Assembly (NCBI GenBank): GCA_020348985.1
Contig: CP070761.1
Location: forward strand, 1,112,921 to 1,176,920
Length of the DNA stretch: 64,000 bases
DNA from: Candidatus Thorarchaeota archaeon
Lineage (GTDB): Archaea > Asgardarchaeota > Thorarchaeia > Thorarchaeales > Thorarchaeaceae
Reading direction: 5' to 3'
Below are positions 1 through 10,005 of the stretch, piece after piece. The notes beneath the pieces are model-generated. The model worked only from the letters and a program-made list of their open reading frames with translations. It searched no databases and had not been told where the DNA came from. Position numbers and translations under genes: made by a program. How positions within the stretch are numbered: position 1 is the first letter of the stretch; each line of letters starts with the position of its first letter.

Positions 1-175
1 AATCATGCTTCCTCTATTCCTACTCTATCCCCTAATGGTGATCCCTGGGCTCTTCCTTTTGGTCCTCTCCTCAGAAATCCAGTTGGCTGAAGGTGTTTCT
101 CAGTTCGCATTGGTAGTTGGGTACGCTCAGCCCAGGGATTCACCTCCAGTCACAGTTTTGCTCAAGTGACCCCAA

Positions 176-1093
176 ATGAGTAAATCCAGTCTAAGAACAC
201 TGGCACGTGACCTCACAGTCGCCTTTAGGCTGGTGAGCAGGAACGTAACTTCATTTGCTTGGGCAATGTTCGGAATACTTATTGTTACTGCAATCATGGT
301 GGGTCTGCTCATTTTCTTTGTCACCATTCCCATCATTCTTACTTACGGGATCCAGTTCCTTGTTTGGTTGATCACACTAGTTGAAACGAGTTGGACGGCA
401 ACGAGCGGCACGGTCTTGTTGGGCATACTGTTCATCATATTCCTTCCACTATTGCTACCTGTTTTCGTTGCCCTCGGAGCTCTATACGGAATGGCAAGAG
501 AAATCGTTGAAAGTGAAGGCACGTCTGCTTCAGGTGTCTTCACTTGGTACAGAGCGAAGTTCCTCTCTCTAGCAGGCGCAGGCGTTCTTCAGTTTGTATT
601 GATAGTCGGGCCACTTATGCCTCTCTCATACTTCGTCCCTGACATCATCATGGGAAACATAACGACAGAGATGATGGCGCTCATCGTTATGGTCATCATA
701 GTCTGGGTGGTCTTCAGTTCTGGTTTCCTCTCACTCACATTTCCCGGGGTTATTGACAACCTCTCGGTTGTGAAGGCGGCTCGTCGTTCAATCAGTCTTT
801 CACGGAAGCATGTAGACAGGGTCTTCGGGATTTGGCTTACTTTCATACTGGTCTTCGCCTTTGCAGCCCTACCTACAATCCTCGGTGTTGTTTTTCAGTG
901 GTTCAGCTCAATCGATAATGAGATTATCATTGCCTACAGCATCCTAATGTTGATCCTTTTGCTCCTTGTTGTACTCCCTGCAATGAGCATTGCACAAACT
1001 CGAGCCTATCTAATACTTTCCGCACAGAGTGATCAGTCATTTGAACCAAATCACGAGGCTGACGAATTCGTTAGAGGAGGCACATATCAATGA
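176..1093 (+). CDS. Integral membrane protein (multi-TM), unknown function
   Basis: The 305-aa ORF has multiple long hydrophobic segments. Its stop overlaps the start of the next ORF (ATGA), which suggests an operon with the downstream regulator. Confidence 0.45.
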   Translation: MSKSSLRTLARDLTVAFRLVSRNVTSFAWAMFGILIVTAIMVGLLIFFVTIPIILTYGIQFLVWLITLVETSWTATSGTVLLGILFIIFLPLLLPVFVALGALYGMAREIVESEGTSASGVFTWYRAKFLSLAGAGVLQFVLIVGPLMPLSYFVPDIIMGNITTEMMALIVMVIIVWVVFSSGFLSLTFPGVIDNLSVVKAARRSISLSRKHVDRVFGIWLTFILVFAFAALPTILGVVFQWFSSIDNEIIIAYSILMLILLLLVVLPAMSIAQTRAYLILSAQSDQSFEPNHEADEFVRGGTYQ

Positions 1094-1722
1094 ATCCCGA
1101 GGTGTCAAAGAAACCGATGAGGGATTTTGAAGTTGTAACCGACCCGAAGGTGATAAAGCTCCTACTGGACACAACAAGGGCGGACATCGTATTCAAGTAC
1201 CTAGTTCAGGGCGAGATGACTGTCAAGCAGTTGGCCGACGCGATGCGGAAAAAGCCGGGAACAATACTTCACCATGTTCAGAAACTAAAAGACGCTGGAA
1301 TCATTGTCCTTGCGCGCACGAGAGAGACTCCAACTGGTATCATTGAGAGATACTACCGAGCGACAGCTAAAGAGTATAGACTGGGTATAAGTGAAATGCT
1401 GGGTGTCCAACAGATTATCTCGCAGACAATTGATGACCGTGTATCCTCAATAGTCTCGGGACTTTGGGTATATGGCATAAGAATTCCTCCTGAAGAGAGG
1501 CAAACGGCCAAGAAACTGCTGAAGAATCTAGTCCAACGGGAAGAGAAGCTAAGGGATGAGGTTCCGGTTCTAAGCGAAAAGGAGCATGAGAGCTTGCCGC
1601 CTGCCCTGAGAAGCGATTTGGCGGATGTGGTGCGGCAGTATGCGCTGCACAAGGATCCTCAATATCGCATCTTGCTCGAGGAGTGGTATGCGCTGCTGAT
1701 GAAGTATCATTCCGACTCGTGA
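1090..1722 (+). CDS. ArsR-like winged-helix transcriptional regulator with an uncharacterised C-terminal domain
   Basis: The N-terminus reads 'VFKYLVQGEMTVKQLADAMRKKPGTILHHVQKLKDAGIIV', an HTH motif typical of the ArsR/SmtB family. The ORF overlaps the upstream membrane protein gene by 4 bp. Confidence 0.5.
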   Translation: MNPEVSKKPMRDFEVVTDPKVIKLLLDTTRADIVFKYLVQGEMTVKQLADAMRKKPGTILHHVQKLKDAGIIVLARTRETPTGIIERYYRATAKEYRLGISEMLGVQQIISQTIDDRVSSIVSGLWVYGIRIPPEERQTAKKLLKNLVQREEKLRDEVPVLSEKEHESLPPALRSDLADVVRQYALHKDPQYRILLEEWYALLMKYHSDS

Positions 1723-1725
1723 CAC

Positions 1726-3318
1726 CTATCGCTTCTTTACTGAAGACAGGAAGACTACTGCAACCACGAACACAATCGAGAATCCTAGTCCGACACCGAG
1801 GAGAAGGTTCTCGAACTCGCCTGCAGGAGGTCCCGTCATGTTAGGATCCTCTGTTGATGTTGCAGTTGTTGTCGTGGTGGTTGCGATTGGGGGTTGCTCT
1901 GTAGTCGTGGGTTCAGGAAGGATGCCATGCGCATAATAGATGTCCATCTTTTCATCTCTGCCATCAGTCCAGACTACGTGTGGAATGCTCTCGTTGTCGA
2001 CACGGACTGTGAAATAGTCCCCAGGGCGAGTGAAGTTGTTGGATGTCCATTGCTCTGCAATCGGGATTGGATCGCTCAATGATACAATCTCTCTTTGCTC
2101 TCCCGAGATTGAAGCCTTCCTGTAGTAAGTTCTGTAGTATTCCCCACGCTCGTCATAGTACACAATGTGCAAGTTGCCTTCGGAGTCGATGTCCATTTCA
2201 GGTTGCCACTGATGTCCATCATGAATCGGATTGACCAGAATTCGATTGCTCCAAGTTACTCCGTAGTCATCGGAGTATCGGAGAAATACATCAAATACCC
2301 GCTCGGTCGAGTTGAATGTGTCCGACCAAAGAAGGTACAGCCTGTCGTTGTGGTCAAAGCGTATGACTGGGATTGTAATCTTGCTGGGACGTCTGTCTGC
2401 GTTTATCCACCATCCATGATGCCCGTCGTTATTGACAAACTGGGGTTCTGTGAAAGTGGCGCCGTCATCGTCACTTTTCGATAACAGGATTTCCCCACCT
2501 GAATCCGTAAACCATGTTGAGGCTACGAATAATGAGCCCTGGTTGCTCTGTGTGATATAAGGTGCCACATGCCCCTCGTCAGGATTCCCTATTGTCGTTG
2601 TATCGTGGAAAACTGCTGCCCCATCGTTTGAGATGGACACGCGGATAGTTACGTTACCACCTTCTGACGTATCTACATCATCATAGACCACGTAAACGGT
2701 TCCATCGTCATGGACAATCATAGTCTCTTTGTCGGCAAAATGCTGCCCACCCGAGGCCCTCACAGGATTCCAGGAAGAGCCAAGATCGTCACTCTTAGCC
2801 ACTGTGATTTGCGAAAAGTAAGGCCCCGAGACCGAGAACTCCAGATAAGCATAGTAGATGCTTCCATTGAACCAAACCAGCCAGGGATCAGACTGACGTG
2901 TGACAATATCATCGCCGGGGGCGCTTTGAGAGAAATCGATCTGAAAACTGAACATCGGCATGTGAAGGGGATGGGTCCACGAATCGCCCCCGTCAGTTGA
3001 TTTAGAAAAACTGACTCTAGCCCCGCCACCATTGTGAGTCTCGGAATTCTTCCAGCCGGCGAATAACACACCATCCTCACTAATCGCCAAGGTCGGCTCT
3101 ACCTGATGGTCATAAAGTGCATCATCTATTGAAAGCAGCTTGTTTTGGGAGAACGACACGATTTCTGTACTGTGACTCTCCGCTGACGAAACCCGACGTT
3201 CACCAGTCTCAATTGGATCTGTAACATCAGATGGAAAGCTGAAGCTTGCTAAAGGTGATATAATAAGTAGAAGAAACATGAATGTGAGCGCCACTCTCTT
3301 CATGCACTGTCGCCTCAT
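1726..3318 (-). CDS. Secreted BNR/Asp-box repeat (sialidase-like beta-propeller) protein with a Thr-rich linker and C-terminal TM anchor
   Basis: The protein starts with a signal peptide. It has repeated S-x-D-x-G-x-T/S-W Asp-box motifs (SKSTDGGDSW, SDDLGSSW, SDDDGATF, SDDYGVTW). Its C-terminus is 'TTTTTTATSTED...' followed by a hydrophobic helix and 'SSVKKR'. Confidence 0.6.
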   Translation of the reverse strand: MRRQCMKRVALTFMFLLLIISPLASFSFPSDVTDPIETGERRVSSAESHSTEIVSFSQNKLLSIDDALYDHQVEPTLAISEDGVLFAGWKNSETHNGGGARVSFSKSTDGGDSWTHPLHMPMFSFQIDFSQSAPGDDIVTRQSDPWLVWFNGSIYYAYLEFSVSGPYFSQITVAKSDDLGSSWNPVRASGGQHFADKETMIVHDDGTVYVVYDDVDTSEGGNVTIRVSISNDGAAVFHDTTTIGNPDEGHVAPYITQSNQGSLFVASTWFTDSGGEILLSKSDDDGATFTEPQFVNNDGHHGWWINADRRPSKITIPVIRFDHNDRLYLLWSDTFNSTERVFDVFLRYSDDYGVTWSNRILVNPIHDGHQWQPEMDIDSEGNLHIVYYDERGEYYRTYYRKASISGEQREIVSLSDPIPIAEQWTSNNFTRPGDYFTVRVDNESIPHVVWTDGRDEKMDIYYAHGILPEPTTTEQPPIATTTTTTATSTEDPNMTGPPAGEFENLLLGVGLGFSIVFVVAVVFLSSVKKR

Positions 3319-3513
3319 ACCATGGGATCTGGTCCTGTAGAGTGTGTCATCACTAACCCGAGCTCAAAAAAGTTGTTTACTGAGCAAACCAAAAGGATAG
3401 GACAAATACGAGAAAGATACTTTGTCGACCTACAAACTGGACCAACTGCTGTCTAGTCAGTTTCAAATACCAGGCGGTTGATTATCGTACAAAGCGGGCC
3501 TGCAAGAGATGAG

Positions 3514-4725
3514 ATGCCAATGAAAGAAATCCTAGTCAAGGCTGCAGAGATCATAATCGGAAACGGGGAGATGCTCGAGGACGCATCAGTTCATGTTCGA
3601 GGCAACAGAATAGCCGATGTCGGACCTGATGTGAAATCGCCAAATGCCGAAGTCATGGACTTCTCAGACCGTGTCATAATGCCAGGCATCATTGATACAC
3701 ACATACACGTTAGTCACGACGGTCAGAATCCAGATCCCAGGGAATCATCACTCTTCACCGACGAATACCTAGCAATTCGCGGAGCGAAACTGGCAGGGCA
3801 GATGCTGCAATATGGAATAACAACAGTTGCTGATGCTGCTGCAAGAAGCGATGTTTCATTTGCAGTGAAACAGGCGGTAGAAAAAGGAATAGTACGGGGA
3901 CCGAGAGTGCTTGCTTGCGGAAGAATGATCACGATAACCGGCGGCCGTGACAGGATATACGGACCAAATGAAGCAGACGGCATAGATGGAGTTCGTCGTG
4001 CAACAAGAGAGGAGCTCGGAAGAGGTGCTGATTTCATCAAGTTAGCTGCCACAGGAGCGATTTCGTCATCCAGGACAGAGAGCTTCAGTGCTCAATTCAC
4101 TCTGGAAGAACTGCGAGCGGCCGCGGAAGAGACACATAACGTAGGCAAGATGGCTCACGCTCATGCCTACGGGGACGCAGGAGTACAAAACACGATCCTG
4201 TCAGGCGTTGATGTTGTGGTGCATGGTCATCCACTGAGTGATGAATCCATTGACATGATGCTAGAGAATAAGACACTTCTAATGCCGACTCTTGTGACCT
4301 ATTACGAATCCCAGAAGCATCACGATGATGGGGACCTCCCTGACTACATGGTCCGGAAGGAAAGGGAGCTTTTCCCTCTAATAGAGAGTGGCATCAGAAA
4401 CTCGGTCAAGAAGGGAGTGGAGATTGTTTTAGGCTCGGACACAGGAATGCCTTACACTCCCTTTGGGCCTTCAACATTGATGGAACTAGAACTGCTTGTG
4501 AAAATGGGTGGGATGTCTGAGATGGATGCTATTGCGGCTGGAACTCTCAATGCAGCTAGGTCTCTGAAGATAGAATCCGACACAGGGACTATTGCTCCTG
4601 GCAAGTCCGCTGATTTCCTAATTCTGGGTGAAGATATCAATCCAGTGGACGACATCACATCACTACAGAAACTCGGTGCCATTGAGGCAGTCTTCCTGAG
4701 GGGAAAAAGAGTAATCGCCGAGTAA
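3514..4725 (+). CDS. Amidohydrolase-family metal-dependent hydrolase
   Basis: The ORF has a 'GIIDTHIHVSHDG' metal-binding HxH motif and the overall architecture of imidazolonepropionase/prolidase-like amidohydrolases. The track ORF starts at TTG 3478, but the first in-frame ATG (3514 or 3520) is the more likely start. Confidence 0.65.
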   Translation: MPMKEILVKAAEIIIGNGEMLEDASVHVRGNRIADVGPDVKSPNAEVMDFSDRVIMPGIIDTHIHVSHDGQNPDPRESSLFTDEYLAIRGAKLAGQMLQYGITTVADAAARSDVSFAVKQAVEKGIVRGPRVLACGRMITITGGRDRIYGPNEADGIDGVRRATREELGRGADFIKLAATGAISSSRTESFSAQFTLEELRAAAEETHNVGKMAHAHAYGDAGVQNTILSGVDVVVHGHPLSDESIDMMLENKTLLMPTLVTYYESQKHHDDGDLPDYMVRKERELFPLIESGIRNSVKKGVEIVLGSDTGMPYTPFGPSTLMELELLVKMGGMSEMDAIAAGTLNAARSLKIESDTGTIAPGKSADFLILGEDINPVDDITSLQKLGAIEAVFLRGKRVIAE

Positions 4726-5196
4726 CAAGTCCTCTAGTTTTTACTGAGATGGGAGGGACGGGGCTCTGCCCCGTCCGCCGTTCCTGACGAACGGCACATG
4801 GAGAGCAGGAGCTAATCCAATTACTTTCTCATTGTCTGAATGGACTGGCGAATCTGTTGGACTGCGTTCAGTCCTAGACTGATTCTTCTCTATCCTCTGT
4901 TCCCGGCGAAGCATCAACCAAGATGACCACAACGCCCCCCAGAATTATCTGCCCCCAACTTGACACGTGTCCAGCTGAATGGAGCGTTGTGATCGCGCTC
5001 AGAGAAGCCCAGTATGCGTGCGACTCTTGGGTTTCTCAGAGAGCTTGGTGGTGTATGCCTAGGCTTTTGCCAAGACGTGTTATTATGGGCAAATCAGTAT
5101 TTAACCGGGGGAGTTTCGGTTTGGAAATCAACTTCCCAGTTGGAAACTGGGTGATTCACTACTCAGATTCAGATTAGCCTGTTGGTCATTACCACA

Positions 5197-6105
5197 TCAA
5201 ATCACTAGCTCTGAGGAGTCTACATCTCTGACGCCCATCCTACGGGCGATTCTCTGCATGGCTCTTTTCGAGGCACTCCCTATCATCTCGTGGAAAACAA
5301 CCATGGGAAGGATGAATGCAATCGTTAGCAGAGGAAGCCCAACGGAACTGATGAAGCCTCTCAAAACAACTTCGTTGAACTGCCACCCAAAATTGACAAG
5401 CGGCACGTAGAAGTTACTGACGATCGATGTTATTGGTACTGTTATGATAGTGAATCCAGTCAAGAAATTGCTATACCATCGACCTACACCTATTGTGTCT
5501 GGACATCTTCTGGCCTCGAGTTCACTGGGCTTAATCTTAGTGACGATACCTGCATCGTTTAGTACCCACGTGGGCATGAAGAAGCCAAGAGTGACTGGAA
5601 CAACGATGACAGCAGCTACAATGGATGTGAGTGGACCATACCACTGTCGGGCCAGCATTGGGAGAATAGTCAAATCGTCCACTGGTTGATTGAACAGGTA
5701 GTCTGCCACAAGCCCATACACAAGCTGTCCTATTGAAAGGCTAAACAACGCGGGAATAACCGCCCTCTTGATCATGCGCATTGCTCCGAATTGCACTCCG
5801 AGGGGTACTATGCTCTGCTCGTATGTACGGACTCTTGCGATTCTATTCGCGAAAAGGAAGATTGTGGCAATTGGAATGATCAATATAAGGTACTCAGCTA
5901 TGAGGATTGGTACTATGAAGGTCAAGAGCCAAAGAACGTCGTCTTGCATGTCTCCCTCAACATATCTGATCATGTCATATGGATAGTACGAACCAAGAGT
6001 TGCTGCGAATATTCTCGATATCTGATCGACTATTATTGCTGCAGATGCAAAACCGGCAATTGCAAACGCCATTGGTGGAAGAAATCTCAGGAATCGATAC
6101 TTCAA
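5197..6105 (-). CDS. Integral membrane protein, unknown function
   Basis: The 302-aa ORF has about 7 hydrophobic helices and no recognisable catalytic motif. Confidence 0.4.
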   Translation of the reverse strand: MKYRFLRFLPPMAFAIAGFASAAIIVDQISRIFAATLGSYYPYDMIRYVEGDMQDDVLWLLTFIVPILIAEYLILIIPIATIFLFANRIARVRTYEQSIVPLGVQFGAMRMIKRAVIPALFSLSIGQLVYGLVADYLFNQPVDDLTILPMLARQWYGPLTSIVAAVIVVPVTLGFFMPTWVLNDAGIVTKIKPSELEARRCPDTIGVGRWYSNFLTGFTIITVPITSIVSNFYVPLVNFGWQFNEVVLRGFISSVGLPLLTIAFILPMVVFHEMIGSASKRAMQRIARRMGVRDVDSSELVI

Positions 6106-6233
6106 CGCAGTTCAGAGCTTTGGTGGAAAGCCCTGTATCTAAGTGTTGTCGGTGCCCTCTTTTCGCAAAACCATATGCTATTAGAAAGGGTTTTGTGCAA
6201 TGAATCAATGGAGATTGGACGGGGTTAATCGCT

Positions 6234-6485
6234 ATGGGAGAGAAGAAGAGAGTCGGTGTGGTAACACGCTATTTTGGGAAGATTAGCGTGGCTGCGATCA
6301 TGCTTGAAGACAGCCTTGAAGTTGGTGCGCGAATCAGCATTGAAGGAACAACGACAAACTTCGAGCAGAACGTGGCATCAATGCAGATTGACCGGGAGGA
6401 CATTCAGAAAGGCGAACCGGGCCAAGAGATTGCGATCAAGGTTGCCGACCGCGTAAGAGAGAATGACGTAGTCTATTTGGTATAA
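6234..6485 (+). CDS. Small beta-barrel protein resembling EF-Tu domain 2
   Basis: The 83-aa ORF reads 'KRVGVVTRYFGKISVAAIMLEDSLEVGARISIEG...', which resembles translation-factor domain II beta-barrels. It is a stand-alone small ORF. Confidence 0.3.
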   Translation: MGEKKRVGVVTRYFGKISVAAIMLEDSLEVGARISIEGTTTNFEQNVASMQIDREDIQKGEPGQEIAIKVADRVRENDVVYLV

Positions 6486-6515
6486 ATTGCTGTATCATGA
6501 GAAGAGTAATTCAGC

Positions 6516-7745
6516 TCATTCATTGGCTTCCTTATCCTTCCTTCTCTTTAGTTTAAGGGCTGTAACTATCCCCTTCTCTTTCATGACCTTCTTTCTCAGG
6601 TCGCCTTCTGTCATTGAGAAGAACTTGGTTCCAAATTGCTTCACACGATCCCAGTCAATTGGAATTCCAAGCCCAGGATCATCAGGAAGCTCGAGGAATC
6701 CGTCCTTTGGAACGATTGGTGATCTGAGTATCCCGTCTCGAAACTCCGGCGTCCAAGATCCGGGCTCGTGGGGATATTCCAGCGGGAGATTCCGATCTGC
6801 AACTGCGGCGACATGCATATTGGTCCACAGTCCAACTCCGTTCGTCCAAGTATGCGGGCTGAATCCCAAGTCTCTCTCTTGTACAGCTGATAGAGTCTTG
6901 AGTGTGTCTTTGAATCCAAAGACAGTAACGTCGGGCTGGTAAATGTCGAGACTTTCGAAGTGTAGGAATATTCTTGCCTCGTTCCAACCGGCATTGAGCT
7001 CAGCACCTGCCAGTTTGATTGGGCTCACTTTTCTGAGTTCTGCCATCTCCTCGTATGCATGCATGTCAAGTGGCTCCTCTAGCCACCAGAGATTCTGATC
7101 AGACACTTCTTCGACAAAGGCTTGTGCCCTTTCGAGATCCCAAGCTGGAATGTTGTCAACTATTGTTACTGGCCATCCACTATTGCTGTCGACCATCAGC
7201 GGAAACTCTGCATCAACAAGGGCCCTCGTTTTCCTTATTGATGAAACATCATCTTCTAACGACTTGGATTTGACCCTGAGCTTAGTTCCCGAGTAGCCCT
7301 CACTCTGTGCCTGCTCGACAATCTTCGCATGTCGTTTGGGTTCGCAGACTGATCCTGTAGACCAGTAGACCGGTAAGGGCTCATCAGAACCGCCCAGCAT
7401 CTTCCAAACAGGCACATCCGCGACTTGCGCCTTAATATCAAAGAAGGCTGCCTCCATCCAGAAATTTCTCCACCCCAAATATGATGCCTCTCTCATTCTC
7501 TGATGGGCCAGCTCAGTGTCACAGGGGTCAATCCCAAGAATGTAAGGTGCAAGTAGTCCGCCTAGTCCCTCCCGTTCATCACCAAAAGCAACACCTGCCG
7601 CCAGACCCTCACGATCGTCGTCCGTGGTTAGTCTCAATAGCGTGAAACGATTGTGTGTCTGCGGATAACCAGGTATCCATGATGAGTAGAATGCCTTCTT
7701 CAGAGGAATCGATATGTGATGTAGTTCAACCTTCACTATCTTCAT
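6516..7745 (-). CDS. Enolase-superfamily enzyme (mandelate racemase / muconate lactonizing enzyme-like)
   Basis: The N-terminus 'MKIVKVELHHISIPLKKAF...LRLTTDDDREGLAAG' is a capping domain. A 'VDSNSGW' metal-ligand region is characteristic of the MR/MLE family. The track ORF extends 8 codons upstream to 7769. Confidence 0.6.
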   Translation of the reverse strand: MKIVKVELHHISIPLKKAFYSSWIPGYPQTHNRFTLLRLTTDDDREGLAAGVAFGDEREGLGGLLAPYILGIDPCDTELAHQRMREASYLGWRNFWMEAAFFDIKAQVADVPVWKMLGGSDEPLPVYWSTGSVCEPKRHAKIVEQAQSEGYSGTKLRVKSKSLEDDVSSIRKTRALVDAEFPLMVDSNSGWPVTIVDNIPAWDLERAQAFVEEVSDQNLWWLEEPLDMHAYEEMAELRKVSPIKLAGAELNAGWNEARIFLHFESLDIYQPDVTVFGFKDTLKTLSAVQERDLGFSPHTWTNGVGLWTNMHVAAVADRNLPLEYPHEPGSWTPEFRDGILRSPIVPKDGFLELPDDPGLGIPIDWDRVKQFGTKFFSMTEGDLRKKVMKEKGIVTALKLKRRKDKEANE

Positions 7746-7892
7746 GGCGATTCTCACCAGTCCACGCAAAATGGTGACAAGAGAATAGACTCATAGTTCT
7801 TTCTGACCATAGGAACTGCAGATTCCGGGTGAAACCTCAAATGCGTTCATGAAAACCAGGCGTTCGTGAACATCTTGTTTTGGATGACTACT

Positions 7893-8170
7893 GCCAGAAA
7901 GGACTAGCGATGCCGCCCGAAGGGGCTATCGCAGGTTATGCGAACATTTGCCACACAAGAAAGGCCGCAGAGGCCAGAAGAAGACTAAGGTTCGCGAGGT
8001 TGGCGGTAAGCGCTACCCACACAGAACGGAGAGATGTACTGCTAACATTGCTCCTAACTGCAAGATATGGGTCAATGCAAATACTATGCCAGTTATTGGT
8101 GTCTGCAAACGCTGTTGGCAGGCAAAGAGCTCCAGAAACTGAGCGGCTCTGCCCCACCCCTATTTTTTCT
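7893..8170 (+). ncRNA. Candidate structured ncRNA, most consistent with RNase P RNA (alternative: SRP RNA)
   Basis: The 490-bp gap holds only short, low-quality ORFs. It contains 'GGUUGGCGGUAAGCGCUACC' followed by 'CACAGAAC', which resembles the RNase P CR-II/III motif 'GGGUGCGGUAAGAGCGCACC' and the 'ACAGAA' motif. 'GCAGGUUAUGCG' resembles a 'CCAGGUAACGCC' hairpin. It ends in a GC hairpin plus a T6 tract (8163-8168). Confidence 0.35.
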
Positions 8171-8502
8171 ATGTGTAGTTTGATTAGAAAGACAGCAAGG
8201 TATTGCTCGAATCTTACGTTTTAAGCATGCAAGACTGTGTCGTCAACAATTAGTCTGGAGTGTCTTGGAGCTGTTACCGGATGTCAGATGAATGTGAATC
8301 TCACAATGATTCCACCCATCGTCGAGGTCTTTGGAGGATTGGAATAATTGCAGTGGCCAGCGCATTGTGGATGGCTTATAGATCTGGAGGAAGACCATCA
8401 AGAATCCGCTATCCTTGTCAGCAGGCTGCATTGGCCAACATCCAAGCACTTCAAGTAGCTCTGCTGGCGTCAATTCCGAGTCTGGCAAGCATCGCCTCGA
8501 CA

Positions 8503-9960
8503 ATGCGGAGTCTAAGAACCCCAGCAATCCTGACATTGCTTGTTGTTGGCTCTGCAGTTGTCACTACAGATTCCTTTGCTGTAACCCCAAATTACTCATT
8601 CACCTCTGAAGATTACGATGTCAGAGTTCCCATCACGATTGCTCCAATAACATCAGCATCACCTGAGTCCGCTTCAGACATTTTCGTAGTGCAGAATTCT
8701 ACTAGGGCAGAAGGCAGTACTGACGATGCGGTGTCCACTTTATTCGAGATGATGTCTGGGCAAGATCTTCATTTCTACCAAACGGAATCCAATGAAGATG
8801 GACTGATTGCATCCGATGACGTTGTCCTTCTGAAGGTAAATGGACAATGGTCTTACAGGGGCGGTACCAACACCGATCTCCTCAGAAGTGTGATCAGGAT
8901 GATTATAGACCATCCTGATGGGTTCACTGGTGAAATTGTGGTCGCTGACAATGGTCAGGGGCTCGGAAGCATGGACAGGTACTACGCCAATTCATTCTAC
9001 CGCAATATCTCATTTCAGGAAGCAGTAGACACCTTTGATTCTCACAACATTTCCACTATCCTTTGGGACGACTTCAGAGACATGGAAGTCGAGGACTTTG
9101 ACCAAGGAGATTACGCTGCAGGTTACGTTCTAAGTGATGAGTGGAACCCGGAAACAGAAATCTATGTTTCCTATCCAAAGTTCACAACTGCATACGGAAC
9201 CTATGTCAGTTTCATGAAAGGCATATGGGATGACTCGACAGGATTTAATCACGACAGACTAAAGGTAATCAACATGCCAGTGTTGAAGACGCACTTTAGA
9301 TATGGAGTGACCGGGTGTGTGAAACACTACATGGGAGTGCCCAAAGGGGAAATCTTGGAGGGGACTACTCCTCACGAGCACTTCTCAATAGCTCTTGGTG
9401 GCATGGCGACCCTCATGGTTGAGACTCGCGCGCCAGTCTTGAACATCCTTGACGCGATCTGGGTCAACGCACGGCCCACGGAAAGCTCTACCAACGCAGG
9501 ACCGTCCACATCATACGGCACAGCAAGCTGGACCGACATAATCACGGCGAGTACTGATCCAGTGGGGCTTGACTATTGGGCCTCAAAGAACATTCTGATA
9601 CCAACGGCTCAGCATCTCGACTATACAGTCTACAACTCCATTGATCCAGACTATGAACCTACCAGTACTGGAATCATGGACGAGTCATTCCACAACTATC
9701 TAGAGAGGTCTATGTTGATCCTCAGAAACGCTGGATTTCAGGTCACCATGAATCAATCTGAAATGAACGTGTTTGTGGAGGCTTTGGCAGACGTCTTCAT
9801 TCCTACTACAACGACAACTACCACAACTGCGACAGACACAACTACAACAACAACTGATGACTTCCCACAACCTCTGGTGACCACAGTAGTGATTTCAGTA
9901 GCAGCTGTTGCAGTTTTGATCTTCATGGGGCTTGTGAGAAGAAAGTCAGATGCTCCTTAG
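8503..9960 (+). CDS. Secreted surface protein with a Thr-rich linker and C-terminal TM anchor, unknown function
   Basis: A signal peptide 'MRSLRTPAILTLLVVGSAVV' starts at the internal ATG 8503; the track ORF starts further upstream at 8260. The C-terminus is 'TTTTTTTTATDTTTTTTDD' followed by a TM helix and 'VRRKSDAP'. Confidence 0.55.
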   Translation: MRSLRTPAILTLLVVGSAVVTTDSFAVTPNYSFTSEDYDVRVPITIAPITSASPESASDIFVVQNSTRAEGSTDDAVSTLFEMMSGQDLHFYQTESNEDGLIASDDVVLLKVNGQWSYRGGTNTDLLRSVIRMIIDHPDGFTGEIVVADNGQGLGSMDRYYANSFYRNISFQEAVDTFDSHNISTILWDDFRDMEVEDFDQGDYAAGYVLSDEWNPETEIYVSYPKFTTAYGTYVSFMKGIWDDSTGFNHDRLKVINMPVLKTHFRYGVTGCVKHYMGVPKGEILEGTTPHEHFSIALGGMATLMVETRAPVLNILDAIWVNARPTESSTNAGPSTSYGTASWTDIITASTDPVGLDYWASKNILIPTAQHLDYTVYNSIDPDYEPTSTGIMDESFHNYLERSMLILRNAGFQVTMNQSEMNVFVEALADVFIPTTTTTTTTATDTTTTTTDDFPQPLVTTVVISVAAVAVLIFMGLVRRKSDAP

Positions 9961-10005
9961 AGATTCCAGCTAGGTACAATCCACTACAACAATATCAGAA
10001 ATCTC

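Noticed and set aside
127-336. 69-aa minus-strand ORF at the window start
   Set aside because: It overlaps the start of the 305-aa membrane protein gene on the opposite strand and has low-complexity content.
1353-1652. Antisense and overlapping ORFs from the six-frame track (for example 1353-1652 -, 18183-18758 -, 6641-7006 -, 29701-30144 -, 55447-55719 -)
   Set aside because: They lie entirely within stronger, motif-supported genes on the other strand or frame. They have Ser/Arg/Cys-rich low-complexity translations typical of shadow ORFs.
8260-8502. Upstream 81 codons of the 566-aa track ORF
   Set aside because: A clear signal peptide begins at the internal ATG 8503. The upstream part overlaps the candidate ncRNA/terminator region and looks non-coding.
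9790-9860. Short tandem nucleotide repeats (ACAACTACAACAACT...), also present near 1860-1900 and 62030-62060
   Set aside because: These are codon repeats encoding poly-Thr linkers inside CDSs. They are not CRISPR and not non-coding microsatellites.
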